Below, in pieces: positions 53,335 to 61,122 of a stretch of DNA of 64,000 nt. Every line of letters starts with the position of its first letter. Within the stretch, counting starts at the first letter, position 1. The notes below the pieces were generated by a model, which made no database searches, had not been told where the DNA came from, and was given only the letters and a program-made list of their open reading frames with translations. The stretch is from Elusimicrobiales bacterium (lineage in GTDB: Bacteria; Elusimicrobiota; Elusimicrobia; Elusimicrobiales; UBA9959), in the NCBI GenBank assembly GCA_028713125.1, contig JAQTOU010000001.1, positions 78,273-142,272 on the forward strand. The letters run 5' to 3'. The position numbers and the translations under genes were made by a program.

Positions 53335-54603
53335 TTATCTGCGGCGCCTTGGGCCGCCGCCGGGCCTGCGCGCGGAGCGCTGGTTCCAGCCGCGGCCTCC
53401 GGCCGCGTGGTCGTAGCCCCAGAGGGTTTCCGCCGGAACTTCGGGATGCGTCACCTGGTTCATGGGGATGCCCGTAAGGGTCTCTATGCTGCGGACGTCG
53501 CCGCCCTGGTCCGGAGTGGCGAAGGTGATGGCGCGGCCCGGCTGCCCGGCGCGGCCGGTGCGGCCTATGCGGTGCACATAGGCGTCGTCTTCCGACGGCA
53601 TTTCGAAGTTGATCACAAGCTCTATCCCGGTCACGTCTATGCCGCGGGCGGCGATATCGGTGGCAACGAGTATGCGGTATTTCCCGGATTTGAAGCCGGC
53701 CATCGCGTCCTTGCGCTGGCCCATGGTGCGGTCGGAGTGTATCTCGGCCACCGCGTGGCCCATGTAGGAAAGTATGCTAGCCACCTTCGCGGCGTCATAG
53801 CGGGTTTCGACGAAGATCAGCACGGTGCCGGCGTATTTCTCCAGGAGCTTTGAAAGCAGCAGCGGCTTGGAGCCGGTGCGCACGACGTAGAGCTCCTGTA
53901 TGACGTTGGCGGCGGAGGTTCCTGATTTGGCGACCTCGATGCGGATGGGCAGCTTCATGTGCTGGCTGGCCAGCTTCATGACCTCGTCGGGGATGGTGGC
54001 GGAGAACAGCATGGTCTGGCGCTCTTTGGGCAGGGCGCGGATGATGCGGTTTATCTGCGGCGCGAAGCCCATGTCGAACATCCGGTCCGCCTCGTCGAGC
54101 ACGAGGATGCGGGCGTCGTCGACGCGGAGGTCGCCCCGCTCTATATGGTCGTAGACGCGGCCGGGGGTGCCTATTATTATCCTGGCTTTGCGGTGGAGGT
54201 CGCGCAGCTGGGTTTCCTTCCCTTCGCCGCCGATAAGGCAGGCGACGCCCATCCCCATCTGCGGGGCGAATTCGCGGCAGACTTCGGCCACCTGCAGGGC
54301 CAGTTCGCGCGTCGGGAGCAGCACCAGGCCCTTGCCGGGCTTGGCGGCGAGGCGCTGTATCATCGGTATCGAGAAGGCGATGGTCTTGCCGGTGCCGGTC
54401 TGGGCTATGCCGACCATGTCCTTGCCTTCGGTGGCGATGCGTATCGATTTCTCCTGTATGGGAGTGGGCGTTACGAAGCCTTTTTTGTCGAGGATATCCA
54501 TGAGCTTCGGAGCTATGCCGAGCCCGTAGAATCCTGAGGCCTCTTTCATCAGTCCCAATTTCTCCAGGGCTGTGCGGCCGATCTTAGTAAGTAGCTTTTT
54601 CAT
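53335..54603 (-). CDS. DEAD-box RNA helicase (paralog of 49190..50956)
   Basis: 422 aa (alternative start at 54549). AQTGTGKT, VLDEADRMF, SAT and HRIGRTGRAG. Roughly two-thirds identical by eye to helicase 1 over the core. Short RGG/RRRR tail. Confidence 0.9.
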   Translation of the reverse strand: MKKLLTKIGRTALEKLGLMKEASGFYGLGIAPKLMDILDKKGFVTPTPIQEKSIRIATEGKDMVGIAQTGTGKTIAFSIPMIQRLAAKPGKGLVLLPTRELALQVAEVCREFAPQMGMGVACLIGGEGKETQLRDLHRKARIIIGTPGRVYDHIERGDLRVDDARILVLDEADRMFDMGFAPQINRIIRALPKERQTMLFSATIPDEVMKLASQHMKLPIRIEVAKSGTSAANVIQELYVVRTGSKPLLLSKLLEKYAGTVLIFVETRYDAAKVASILSYMGHAVAEIHSDRTMGQRKDAMAGFKSGKYRILVATDIAARGIDVTGIELVINFEMPSEDDAYVHRIGRTGRAGQPGRAITFATPDQGGDVRSIETLTGIPMNQVTHPEVPAETLWGYDHAAGGRGWNQRSARRPGGGPRRRR

Positions 54604-54614
54604 ATATTATCTAT

Positions 54615-54623
54615 ATTATAGCA
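54615..54623 (-). promoter_or_regulatory. Extended -10 box (TGcTATAAT) directly upstream of helicase 2
   Basis: On the minus strand it reads TGCTATAAT. Its 3' end is 11 nt from the ATG at 54603, so either the leader is very short or the start at 54549 is used. Confidence 0.4.
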
Positions 54624-54674
54624 CGGTATAAAGCCGCAGAAACAGAACCGATAAGAACCGCGAGATGCGAAGTC

Positions 54675-54997
54675 GGGGCCTACCGCAGGGGCAGGAACGA
54701 AAAACACGTTCGGCCACACCGTGGCCTCACTCGGTATTCGCCCGCCGGGCTATGCAACCGGCGGGCTCAACGACGGTTTTTCTTATCCTGCCCCCGCGGT
54801 CTCCCCTCCGCTCGGCTTTGAAGGCCGAACGTCTTTCTTTAAAATAGTGTAACCTGGGCGGAGACCGTGGGTGCAGGGTTAGCAAAAGCCCGTCGGAGGC
54901 CGACGCTTGCGTAAGCGCGGAGGCCGAGACCGGCAGGCGCGCGCACGGTGTGCGCGACGCCGGTTTTGCGTTCCTGCACCCACGGTAGGCCGCCCAG
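54675..54997 (-). repeat. Two tandem ~130-145-nt imperfect palindromes built from four copies of a ~29-nt repeat
   Basis: Repeat copies lie at 54677-54705 (forward), 54776-54804 (reverse), 54860-54888 (forward) and 54963-54991 (reverse). Hairpin A spans 54675-54806 (about 25 bp in segments). Hairpin B spans 54854-54997 (8 + 14 bp perfect, plus 6 bp). Each encloses small perfect hairpins. Confidence 0.7.
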
Positions 54998-55035
54998 CAG
55001 ATTTCCCGCTTGGCGAGTATTCTGTATTCCTAAAT

Positions 55036-56445
55036 TTAGTTCAGCTCAAACTCTTCGCCCATGTTGGGGCATTTTACGTTCTTGATGCCTTCGGCCGCGA
55101 GCGAGGCGGAGAGGGCGGCGCGGGCTTCGGGGTCGCCGTGCACCAGGAAGACGCCCCGCGCTGGCTTGGCGGCTTTGATGAAGGCGAGCAGGTCGTTCTT
55201 GTCGGCGTGCGAGGAGAAGGTGTGCATCGTCTCGACGCTGGCCCAGACTTCGTGCTCGAGGCCGAAGATCTTGACTTTTTTCAGGCCGTCCTGCAGCTTC
55301 CTGCCCAGGGTGCCCTGGGCCTGGTAGCCGACGAGGAGGATGGTGGTGTTCTCCTTCTCTATGTTGTTCCGGAGATGGTGCAGAACGCGGCCGCCTTCGC
55401 ACATCCCGGAGGCCGAGATTATCAGCATCGGACCTTTCAGATTATTGAGCCGCTGCGATTCTTCCTTGCTGCGCACGTAGCTGATATAGTCGAAGCCGAA
55501 CGGATCTCCGTCGATGCGGGCATAATCGCGGAATTTGTCGTCGAAGCTGAAGCTGTCCCGGTGTTTGTTGAAGATCTCGGTCAGGCTGACGGCCATCGGG
55601 CTGTCCACATAGATAGGTATAGCGGGGACGGTCTTGTCCCCGCGCAGCTTGTCCAGTATTACGATCAGCTCCTGCGTGCGCTCCAGGGCGAAGCTGGGGA
55701 TTATGACCTTCCCTCCCTCTTTCCAGGCTTTCTTTATTACGTCCGCGAGTTTCCCGGCCGCGTCGGCGAGGGGCTCGTGCAGGCGGTCGCCGTAGGTGCT
55801 TTCTATAACAAGGTAATCCACGCTCTGGGGCGCCGCCGGGTCTTCTAGCAGCAGGGTTTCGGCGCGGCCCAGGTCGCCGGTATAAACCAGGCGCCGTATC
55901 CCCCCGGCGGTTTCTATATCAAGCTGCGTCATGGCGGAACCCAGCACGTGGCCGGCGTTGAGGAATTTCGCTTTCACGCCAGGCACCGGGTCGAAGCCGG
56001 AATTATATTCGCGGGGTTTGAAATGCCGCAGCGCAAGATCCGCGTCTTCCTCGTCGTACATCGGCTCTATGGTCAGGTTCTCCGCGGCGTGTATTTTATT
56101 GTAGAACTTCGCGTCGCCCTCCTGGAGGCGGGCGGAGTCGGCGAGCATTATGCCCGCTATTTCGGCGGTGGCGGCGGTCGCGTAAACAGGGGCGTCGCAG
56201 CCGTTCTTGTAAAGCAGCGGAAGCAGCCCGCAGTGATCCACGTGCGCGTGGCTGAGCAGCACGGCGTCGACGGAGGCCGGCGGAAAGCGGAAGGTGCGGT
56301 TCTTGGCGTCCGCGTCGCTGCGGTGGCCCTGGAACATCCCGCAGTCCAGCAGCAGGGTTTTATCTCCGACCTCGAGCAAATGCCTCGAGCCGGTGACTTC
56401 CCCCGCGGCGCCGTGGAAAGATATTTTAGCTTTGTTGTTTATCAT
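55036..56445 (-). CDS. Beta-CASP family metallo-beta-lactamase-fold ribonuclease
   Basis: 469 aa. HxHxDH motif (LLSHAHVDHCG). The length and layout match the COG1236-type MBL + beta-CASP + RNA-specificity domain architecture. Confidence 0.8.
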   Translation of the reverse strand: MINNKAKISFHGAAGEVTGSRHLLEVGDKTLLLDCGMFQGHRSDADAKNRTFRFPPASVDAVLLSHAHVDHCGLLPLLYKNGCDAPVYATAATAEIAGIMLADSARLQEGDAKFYNKIHAAENLTIEPMYDEEDADLALRHFKPREYNSGFDPVPGVKAKFLNAGHVLGSAMTQLDIETAGGIRRLVYTGDLGRAETLLLEDPAAPQSVDYLVIESTYGDRLHEPLADAAGKLADVIKKAWKEGGKVIIPSFALERTQELIVILDKLRGDKTVPAIPIYVDSPMAVSLTEIFNKHRDSFSFDDKFRDYARIDGDPFGFDYISYVRSKEESQRLNNLKGPMLIISASGMCEGGRVLHHLRNNIEKENTTILLVGYQAQGTLGRKLQDGLKKVKIFGLEHEVWASVETMHTFSSHADKNDLLAFIKAAKPARGVFLVHGDPEARAALSASLAAEGIKNVKCPNMGEEFELN

Positions 56446-56454
56446 AGTGTCCTT

Positions 56455-56934
56455 TTACAGCTTCCGGCTCCGCTTCCCGGAAAGAAGCGGGCCCTTCGTC
56501 TTCCGCATCAGTACCTCGTCGCAGCCTTTTATGACAAAATCCTTAAGCAGCCCGGCTTTAGCATACCCGAGCCGCCGGTAAAATTTGATCGCGCCCTCAT
56601 TGAAGGAGGAGACGCAGAGAAAAACATTGGGCGAGCGTGCGAAGATCTTCTTCTCGGCGAACCCCATCAGTTTCTCGCCCAGCCCTTTTCCCCTGAAGCC
56701 GTCAGCTACGAACAGTGACTGGATGTAGCCTTTGAAGGTCCCGTACATCGTTATGGTCACCAGGCCGGAAATCCGTCCGCCCGCTTTTGTTATGTACGTT
56801 TCCCTGAACGGGACGCCGAGGGCTTTAAGGCAGCTCGCCGGGCCTAAGCCGAGTTTCAGCCAAGGGTCGGAAGCCGCCATCAAGAAGGCTGCTTCACGTT
56901 TCTCTTTAAGGGAAATCAGGCGGTAGATTCTCAT
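56455..56934 (-). CDS. GNAT-family N-acetyltransferase
   Basis: 159 aa from the ATG at 56934 (MRIYRLISLKE). Motif A LFVADGFRGKGLGEKLM. The longer track ORF (to 57006) would translate a perfect inverted repeat. The stop is 9 nt from the beta-CASP start. Confidence 0.7.
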   Translation of the reverse strand: MRIYRLISLKEKREAAFLMAASDPWLKLGLGPASCLKALGVPFRETYITKAGGRISGLVTITMYGTFKGYIQSLFVADGFRGKGLGEKLMGFAEKKIFARSPNVFLCVSSFNEGAIKFYRRLGYAKAGLLKDFVIKGCDEVLMRKTKGPLLSGKRSRKL

Positions 56935-56988
56935 GCGGTAATTCGTAAATAGTACAAAATTTAAGAGGCTCATCATTAATAACCCTAT

Positions 56989-57027
56989 GGGCCAAAGGGC
57001 CCACAAGCAGCATAGGCCCTTTGGCCC
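56989..57027. repeat. Perfect 13-bp inverted repeat
   Basis: gggccaaagggcc (56989-57001) and ggccctttggccc (57015-57027), separated by a 13-nt loop. It lies upstream of the GNAT/beta-CASP genes. Confidence 0.8.
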
Positions 57028-57096
57028 TTGTTTAATAGGCCTTGTCGTGTAAACTATTGATATAAATCAGTTGATTCTGGTCAAGCCGGAGGAAAG

Positions 57097-57984
57097 TTGA
57101 AACGCTCTACAGGTCTACTCTCACTGATAGCTCTCATCGTCGTGCCATTCGCATTTCCGGCAGCTCAGCCGGCGCCCGCCTTTGCCACCCTTAAAGGTGC
57201 AGCGGCGGGTTTTTCATTCTCCGTGCCTGCCCCGGAGGCCCCCTTTCTCTTCAACCTTCCCCGCGCGCCGCAGGACGCCCTGTCCGGCGAAGCGCTCTTC
57301 GCCTACCTTCATGAGGCTACGGCGCCGGCCCCCCGCAAGACACCTGCTTCATATAGAGCTGCCAAATCATTTATGTACGCCAAGGCCGACAATACCGGCT
57401 GCAACGGCGCTCCCGGTATCATAACCGCTTATTCCCAGCTATGCGTGAACGGCTCCAGCGATAACGGCGATAATTATAAGGAACAGGGCGACCAGAACGT
57501 AGATGGAATAGCCGGGGACTTCGTAAACGCGGAGCATGTCTGGCCTCAGAGCTATTTTAACAGTTCCCTGCCCATGGTGGCTGACCTCCACCACCTGATG
57601 GCGACGCTGTCCACCCCGAACGGCCGCCGCGCCAACCTGAAGTTCGCCAGGGTTTCGAAGGCCACCTACAGCACGTCGTCCGGCTCGAAACTCGGCAAGG
57701 AGGGCTTTGAGCCCGATGACTCTGTAAAAGGCAATGTGGCCCGCGCGCTTTTCTACTTCATAGAGCGTTACAGCGATAAGAATATCCGCCAGGGCATGGA
57801 CTACAACAGCTTCTGGACGAACAATGTACAGATGCTGCTCGATTGGAACCGCCAGGATCCGCCCGACGCAAATGAGCGCCGCCGCAATGACCTTATCGAG
57901 GGTTTTCAGGGGAACCGCAATCCTTTCATAGACAATCCCGAACTGGCCGACAGGGTCGGCGCGCCTGTTTTTAAAGCCCATTGA
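57097..57984 (+). CDS. Secreted endonuclease I (EndA/Vvn) family nuclease, copy 1
   Basis: 295 aa. TTG start (GGAGG-n4-TTGAAACGC). Signal peptide present. Motifs NAEHVWPQS, EPDDSVKGNVARALFYF and NRNPFIDNP. Confidence 0.8.
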   Translation: MKRSTGLLSLIALIVVPFAFPAAQPAPAFATLKGAAAGFSFSVPAPEAPFLFNLPRAPQDALSGEALFAYLHEATAPAPRKTPASYRAAKSFMYAKADNTGCNGAPGIITAYSQLCVNGSSDNGDNYKEQGDQNVDGIAGDFVNAEHVWPQSYFNSSLPMVADLHHLMATLSTPNGRRANLKFARVSKATYSTSSGSKLGKEGFEPDDSVKGNVARALFYFIERYSDKNIRQGMDYNSFWTNNVQMLLDWNRQDPPDANERRRNDLIEGFQGNRNPFIDNPELADRVGAPVFKAH

Positions 57985-58002
57985 ATTAACGGACGCGTAA
58001 AT

Positions 58003-58035
58003 AAAAAAAGGCCCCGCAGGAGGCCTTTTTTATTT
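58003..58035. terminator. Candidate bidirectional terminator
   Basis: A7, then a ggcc(cc)..(gg)a-ggcc bulged stem, then T6. It lies between convergent genes. The stem is weak. Confidence 0.45.
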
Positions 58036-58047
58036 ACAGGCTGCGCG

Positions 58048-58905
58048 CTATTTTCTTGCCAACGGCCAGCGGCATTTATCTCTCAGCTCCTCGTTTACGC
58101 GCAGGGTGGTTCTCTCCGGGTAAGTTACCGGCGGCAGTTTGTCGCCCCTGCGGAGCGCCGCTATTACCCGCGCGGCGGCGGCGCCCGCCTCCGGGAAATC
58201 GGGGGCGAAAGAGGCGGTCGCCCCGTGCACCACAAGGGCGTAGGTCGGGGCATAGAATGGTATGCCGTTGGAGCAGGAAAAATTAGCCAGCATCATCAAG
58301 CTCGACTGGGTTATCAGGACAGGGTCGGGCATAAGCCAGAAAGCGTCCATTTTCCCCATAAGGTACCGCAGGCGCTCCGGGAAGGAGTCGGGGGACTTCA
58401 GCTTCGCGGATATTATCCCTATGCCGGCCGCCTCGCCCGCCCTGCGGAGTTCCTCCATATATTTCTCGCCCGGATAGGCGGCCCAGAAGACGGCCAGCTG
58501 CTTCAGCCCCGGCTGGAGCTTCTTATAGGCCGCAAGGGCCTCGGCAGGCTGCGGCGCCATGGAGATCTCGTGCCAACTGCGGCTGCGCGCGGTCACAGGG
58601 GCGAGCGCGTAGATCAGCCGGGTTCCGGGCGGGTATTCTACCGCCGCCGCCTTCGCCCCGAAAGCCACAGCATAGAGTATGTCCGCGGGCGGAGCGAAGT
58701 CCGGGGCGGAAGCGTCGTAAAAATCGTGCGGCATCCCGAGCGCGTCGCTGAACGCCGCGTAGGCCGCTGCATAAGGGCCGGCTTTGCCGGAGACCACGGC
58801 CGCCAGGTCGGCGGCTGGAAGCTCGCCGGCTGAAAAGACCAGCAGGATGCAGGACGCCAGTCCCGCAAGCATGCTCTTTTTTTTAAGTCCGGCCGGTTTT
58901 ATCAT
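58048..58905 (-). CDS. Orphan periplasmic solute-binding-protein-like protein, copy C
   Basis: 285 aa. Signal peptide present. It shares DAFWLMPDPVLIT and NGIPFYA with copies A and B but is more divergent. It lies 5 nt downstream of TBDR copy C. Confidence 0.6.
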   Translation of the reverse strand: MIKPAGLKKKSMLAGLASCILLVFSAGELPAADLAAVVSGKAGPYAAAYAAFSDALGMPHDFYDASAPDFAPPADILYAVAFGAKAAAVEYPPGTRLIYALAPVTARSRSWHEISMAPQPAEALAAYKKLQPGLKQLAVFWAAYPGEKYMEELRRAGEAAGIGIISAKLKSPDSFPERLRYLMGKMDAFWLMPDPVLITQSSLMMLANFSCSNGIPFYAPTYALVVHGATASFAPDFPEAGAAAARVIAALRRGDKLPPVTYPERTTLRVNEELRDKCRWPLARK

Positions 58906-58910
58906 GGAAT

Positions 58911-61100
58911 TTAAAACTTGTAACTCAGACCGCCTGAGGCCTCAAATGGGTTTTGTGGGGCGCCTTCCAGGTGGTCCGCCCCGCCGCCGTATGCGGCGTT
59001 ATAATAGCGGCGGTCGAAAATATTTTTAAGCTCGAGATAGGCCGTCAGCCCGCCTGCTTTTAAACCCGGGATAGCGCAGCGCACGAAAAGGTCGGCCACG
59101 GCGAACTGCGGCACCCTTTGCCCGTCCTGGTCCCGGCTGTAGGAACGGTACAGGACTTTCGGCGTCACGGCCCACTTGCCGCGCAGCACCGAGATCCCGG
59201 CCTGGAGCGAATGCCTGGAATTGAACGGTATAGGGTCCCCCGTCAGTTTCCCTTCAGAATACGTGTACGCCGCCCAGGGCTCGAAGCCCCAGCGGCCGCT
59301 GCGCAGCACGGCGTCCGCGCGCAGGGTGGCTCCGTAAGTTTCCAGGGTGCCGCGGTTCTGGGCCATTTCGATATTATCCACCTCCACCCCTTTGAAGGTT
59401 CCGGGGCCAGTGATAATATCCTGGATAAGCTCGCGCACTTTATTATAGTAGGGGTTGAGGGACAGCCGCAGCTCCTGTCCGAAGCGGTGGCTTAAAGACC
59501 CCTCTACGGAGCGCACCTTTTCCGGTTCCAGGCCTTCGTTGGGCACATGGAAGAAATAGCTGTGATAGCCGCTGGCCGCGGTAGGCGAAGAAATAAAAGA
59601 GCCGAAATGTTTGTGGGTGGAGAAAGGCGAGGGTGCCAGGTAGGCCTCTCCGTACAGGAGTTTAACTACTGTCTGCTCGCTGCCGCCGGGTTTCCACACC
59701 AGGCCTGCCCGCGGGTTCCAGGTCGTCCCATAGGAGCTATTGTTGTCGTAGCGCAGGGCGAGCGAAAGCGTGGCATTCCCCATTTCCGGGGTCTGTACCC
59801 GCATGAAGGCGCCGATATTGCTGTAGTTAAGCGAGTAGAAATCTACAGGTATCGTAGAGCCGGAATACACAAAGCCCTGGGAGGAGGGACTTTTATCCTT
59901 ATTGAATTTATGTCCGAGGTCAGCGGTATACGGCAGGACGGAATTTTCCTGGTAGGTGAGTCCCAATATTGCCGGGCAGCCCGCCGCAGTCTCGAAAGAG
60001 AGAGTTTCCTGCAGGGAGCTGGTTTGAGACAGAGCGTATTTATAGGCGTCCTGATAGCCGGAAAAACTGTTCCTGAACTTGCTTTCCGGTTCGATTTCAT
60101 AATTGTAATGGGAAATCAGGCTGGTAAGCGTCCAGGTTTCGTCGGGGGAAGTATAAGTGTGCCTGCCGTATAACGTCCAGTACGCCGTGGAGAAGCGCGC
60201 GTCTTTGGAATACAGAGTAAGTTCCGGCTTTACTCCTATAGAGGAGGAATGGGATTCACGCATCCTGATCAGGCCGGTCTCGAAATTTCCCAGGCTCAGC
60301 CTGGCGTTCAGGAAGGAGGAATCCTCCCCTGCGTCATAGCGCAGTGCCGGCACCGTCGTGGTGGAGGCGTTGTACGGGGAAACTTGGGCGAGCCCGCGCC
60401 GGTATTCATTGTTGTACCAAGCGTAGTCACGCTTGTAGAAATCCGGCAGCCTGGGGTTGTCGCCGGCCCTGGCTTCGAAAGTTACGCCCGCTGACGGGCT
60501 GGCGGGACCGCCGTTGGACAGGCCTGTAGCGGCGGAAAGATCCCCGGAGACGGAGTTGAAGCGGCCGTACTTGAAGCCTGCCGCGGCCTTTCCCCCTTTC
60601 CGGCTTACGATATTTATTACGCCGCTGAAAGCGTCCGCGCCGTAGAGAGACGACATCGGGCCAAGCACTACTTCTACACGCGCCGCATTCTTGAGGGAAA
60701 ACTGGCCGGCCATGGCGAGCAGGTCCCCGGTGGGAGGCGTGACCCTGATCCCATCGTAAAGGATCACCAGGCGTTCATTATTGGGGATGCCCCGGACGCT
60801 TATGAGATTAAGCCTGCGCACATCCGAGTTGCGCTGCAACTGGAACTGTGGCGTGTCGGCCAGCAGGTCGGCAAGGGTGGCGTAGCCGCGTTTGCTTATT
60901 GTTTCAGCTGTTATGACGGAGGCTGAGGCGGCGGCGTCAGAGGGTTTCTCTTCGGAGTAGGAAGCGGCCAGCAGGGGCGTATCAAGTATTTCCGCCAGCG
61001 TGGCCTGAAAGAAATCCACCCCGCCGGCCGGCTCATCCGCCCGGGCGGACGAAGAGACAACCGCGCAAATAACTGCTGCGATCAGGATTTTATAAAACAT
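58911..61100 (-). CDS. TonB-dependent receptor, copy C
   Basis: 729 aa from the ATG at 61100 (MFYKILIAAVICAVVSSSARA). Plug motif VEVVLGPMSSLYGADAFSGVINIV. C-terminal ..GGLSYKF. Confidence 0.85.
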   Translation of the reverse strand: MFYKILIAAVICAVVSSSARADEPAGGVDFFQATLAEILDTPLLAASYSEEKPSDAAASASVITAETISKRGYATLADLLADTPQFQLQRNSDVRRLNLISVRGIPNNERLVILYDGIRVTPPTGDLLAMAGQFSLKNAARVEVVLGPMSSLYGADAFSGVINIVSRKGGKAAAGFKYGRFNSVSGDLSAATGLSNGGPASPSAGVTFEARAGDNPRLPDFYKRDYAWYNNEYRRGLAQVSPYNASTTTVPALRYDAGEDSSFLNARLSLGNFETGLIRMRESHSSSIGVKPELTLYSKDARFSTAYWTLYGRHTYTSPDETWTLTSLISHYNYEIEPESKFRNSFSGYQDAYKYALSQTSSLQETLSFETAAGCPAILGLTYQENSVLPYTADLGHKFNKDKSPSSQGFVYSGSTIPVDFYSLNYSNIGAFMRVQTPEMGNATLSLALRYDNNSSYGTTWNPRAGLVWKPGGSEQTVVKLLYGEAYLAPSPFSTHKHFGSFISSPTAASGYHSYFFHVPNEGLEPEKVRSVEGSLSHRFGQELRLSLNPYYNKVRELIQDIITGPGTFKGVEVDNIEMAQNRGTLETYGATLRADAVLRSGRWGFEPWAAYTYSEGKLTGDPIPFNSRHSLQAGISVLRGKWAVTPKVLYRSYSRDQDGQRVPQFAVADLFVRCAIPGLKAGGLTAYLELKNIFDRRYYNAAYGGGADHLEGAPQNPFEASGGLSYKF

Positions 61101-61122
61101 GTCCCCCCCCCACACCTGCGTT

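Noticed and set aside
54665-54847. A 60-aa plus-strand ORF inside the double-hairpin intergenic region.
   Set aside because: It has no RBS, it runs opposite to both neighbours, and its sequence is simply the translation of palindromic repeat arms.
51509-56934. The idea that GNAT + PLD-nuclease + DEAD helicases + MBL nuclease form a phage-defence island.
   Set aside because: The PLD protein has a signal peptide and is therefore extracellular. The helicases are ordinary RhlE/DeaD-type DEAD-box RNA helicases. The gene orientations are mixed, with terminators between them. No defence-specific domains were seen.
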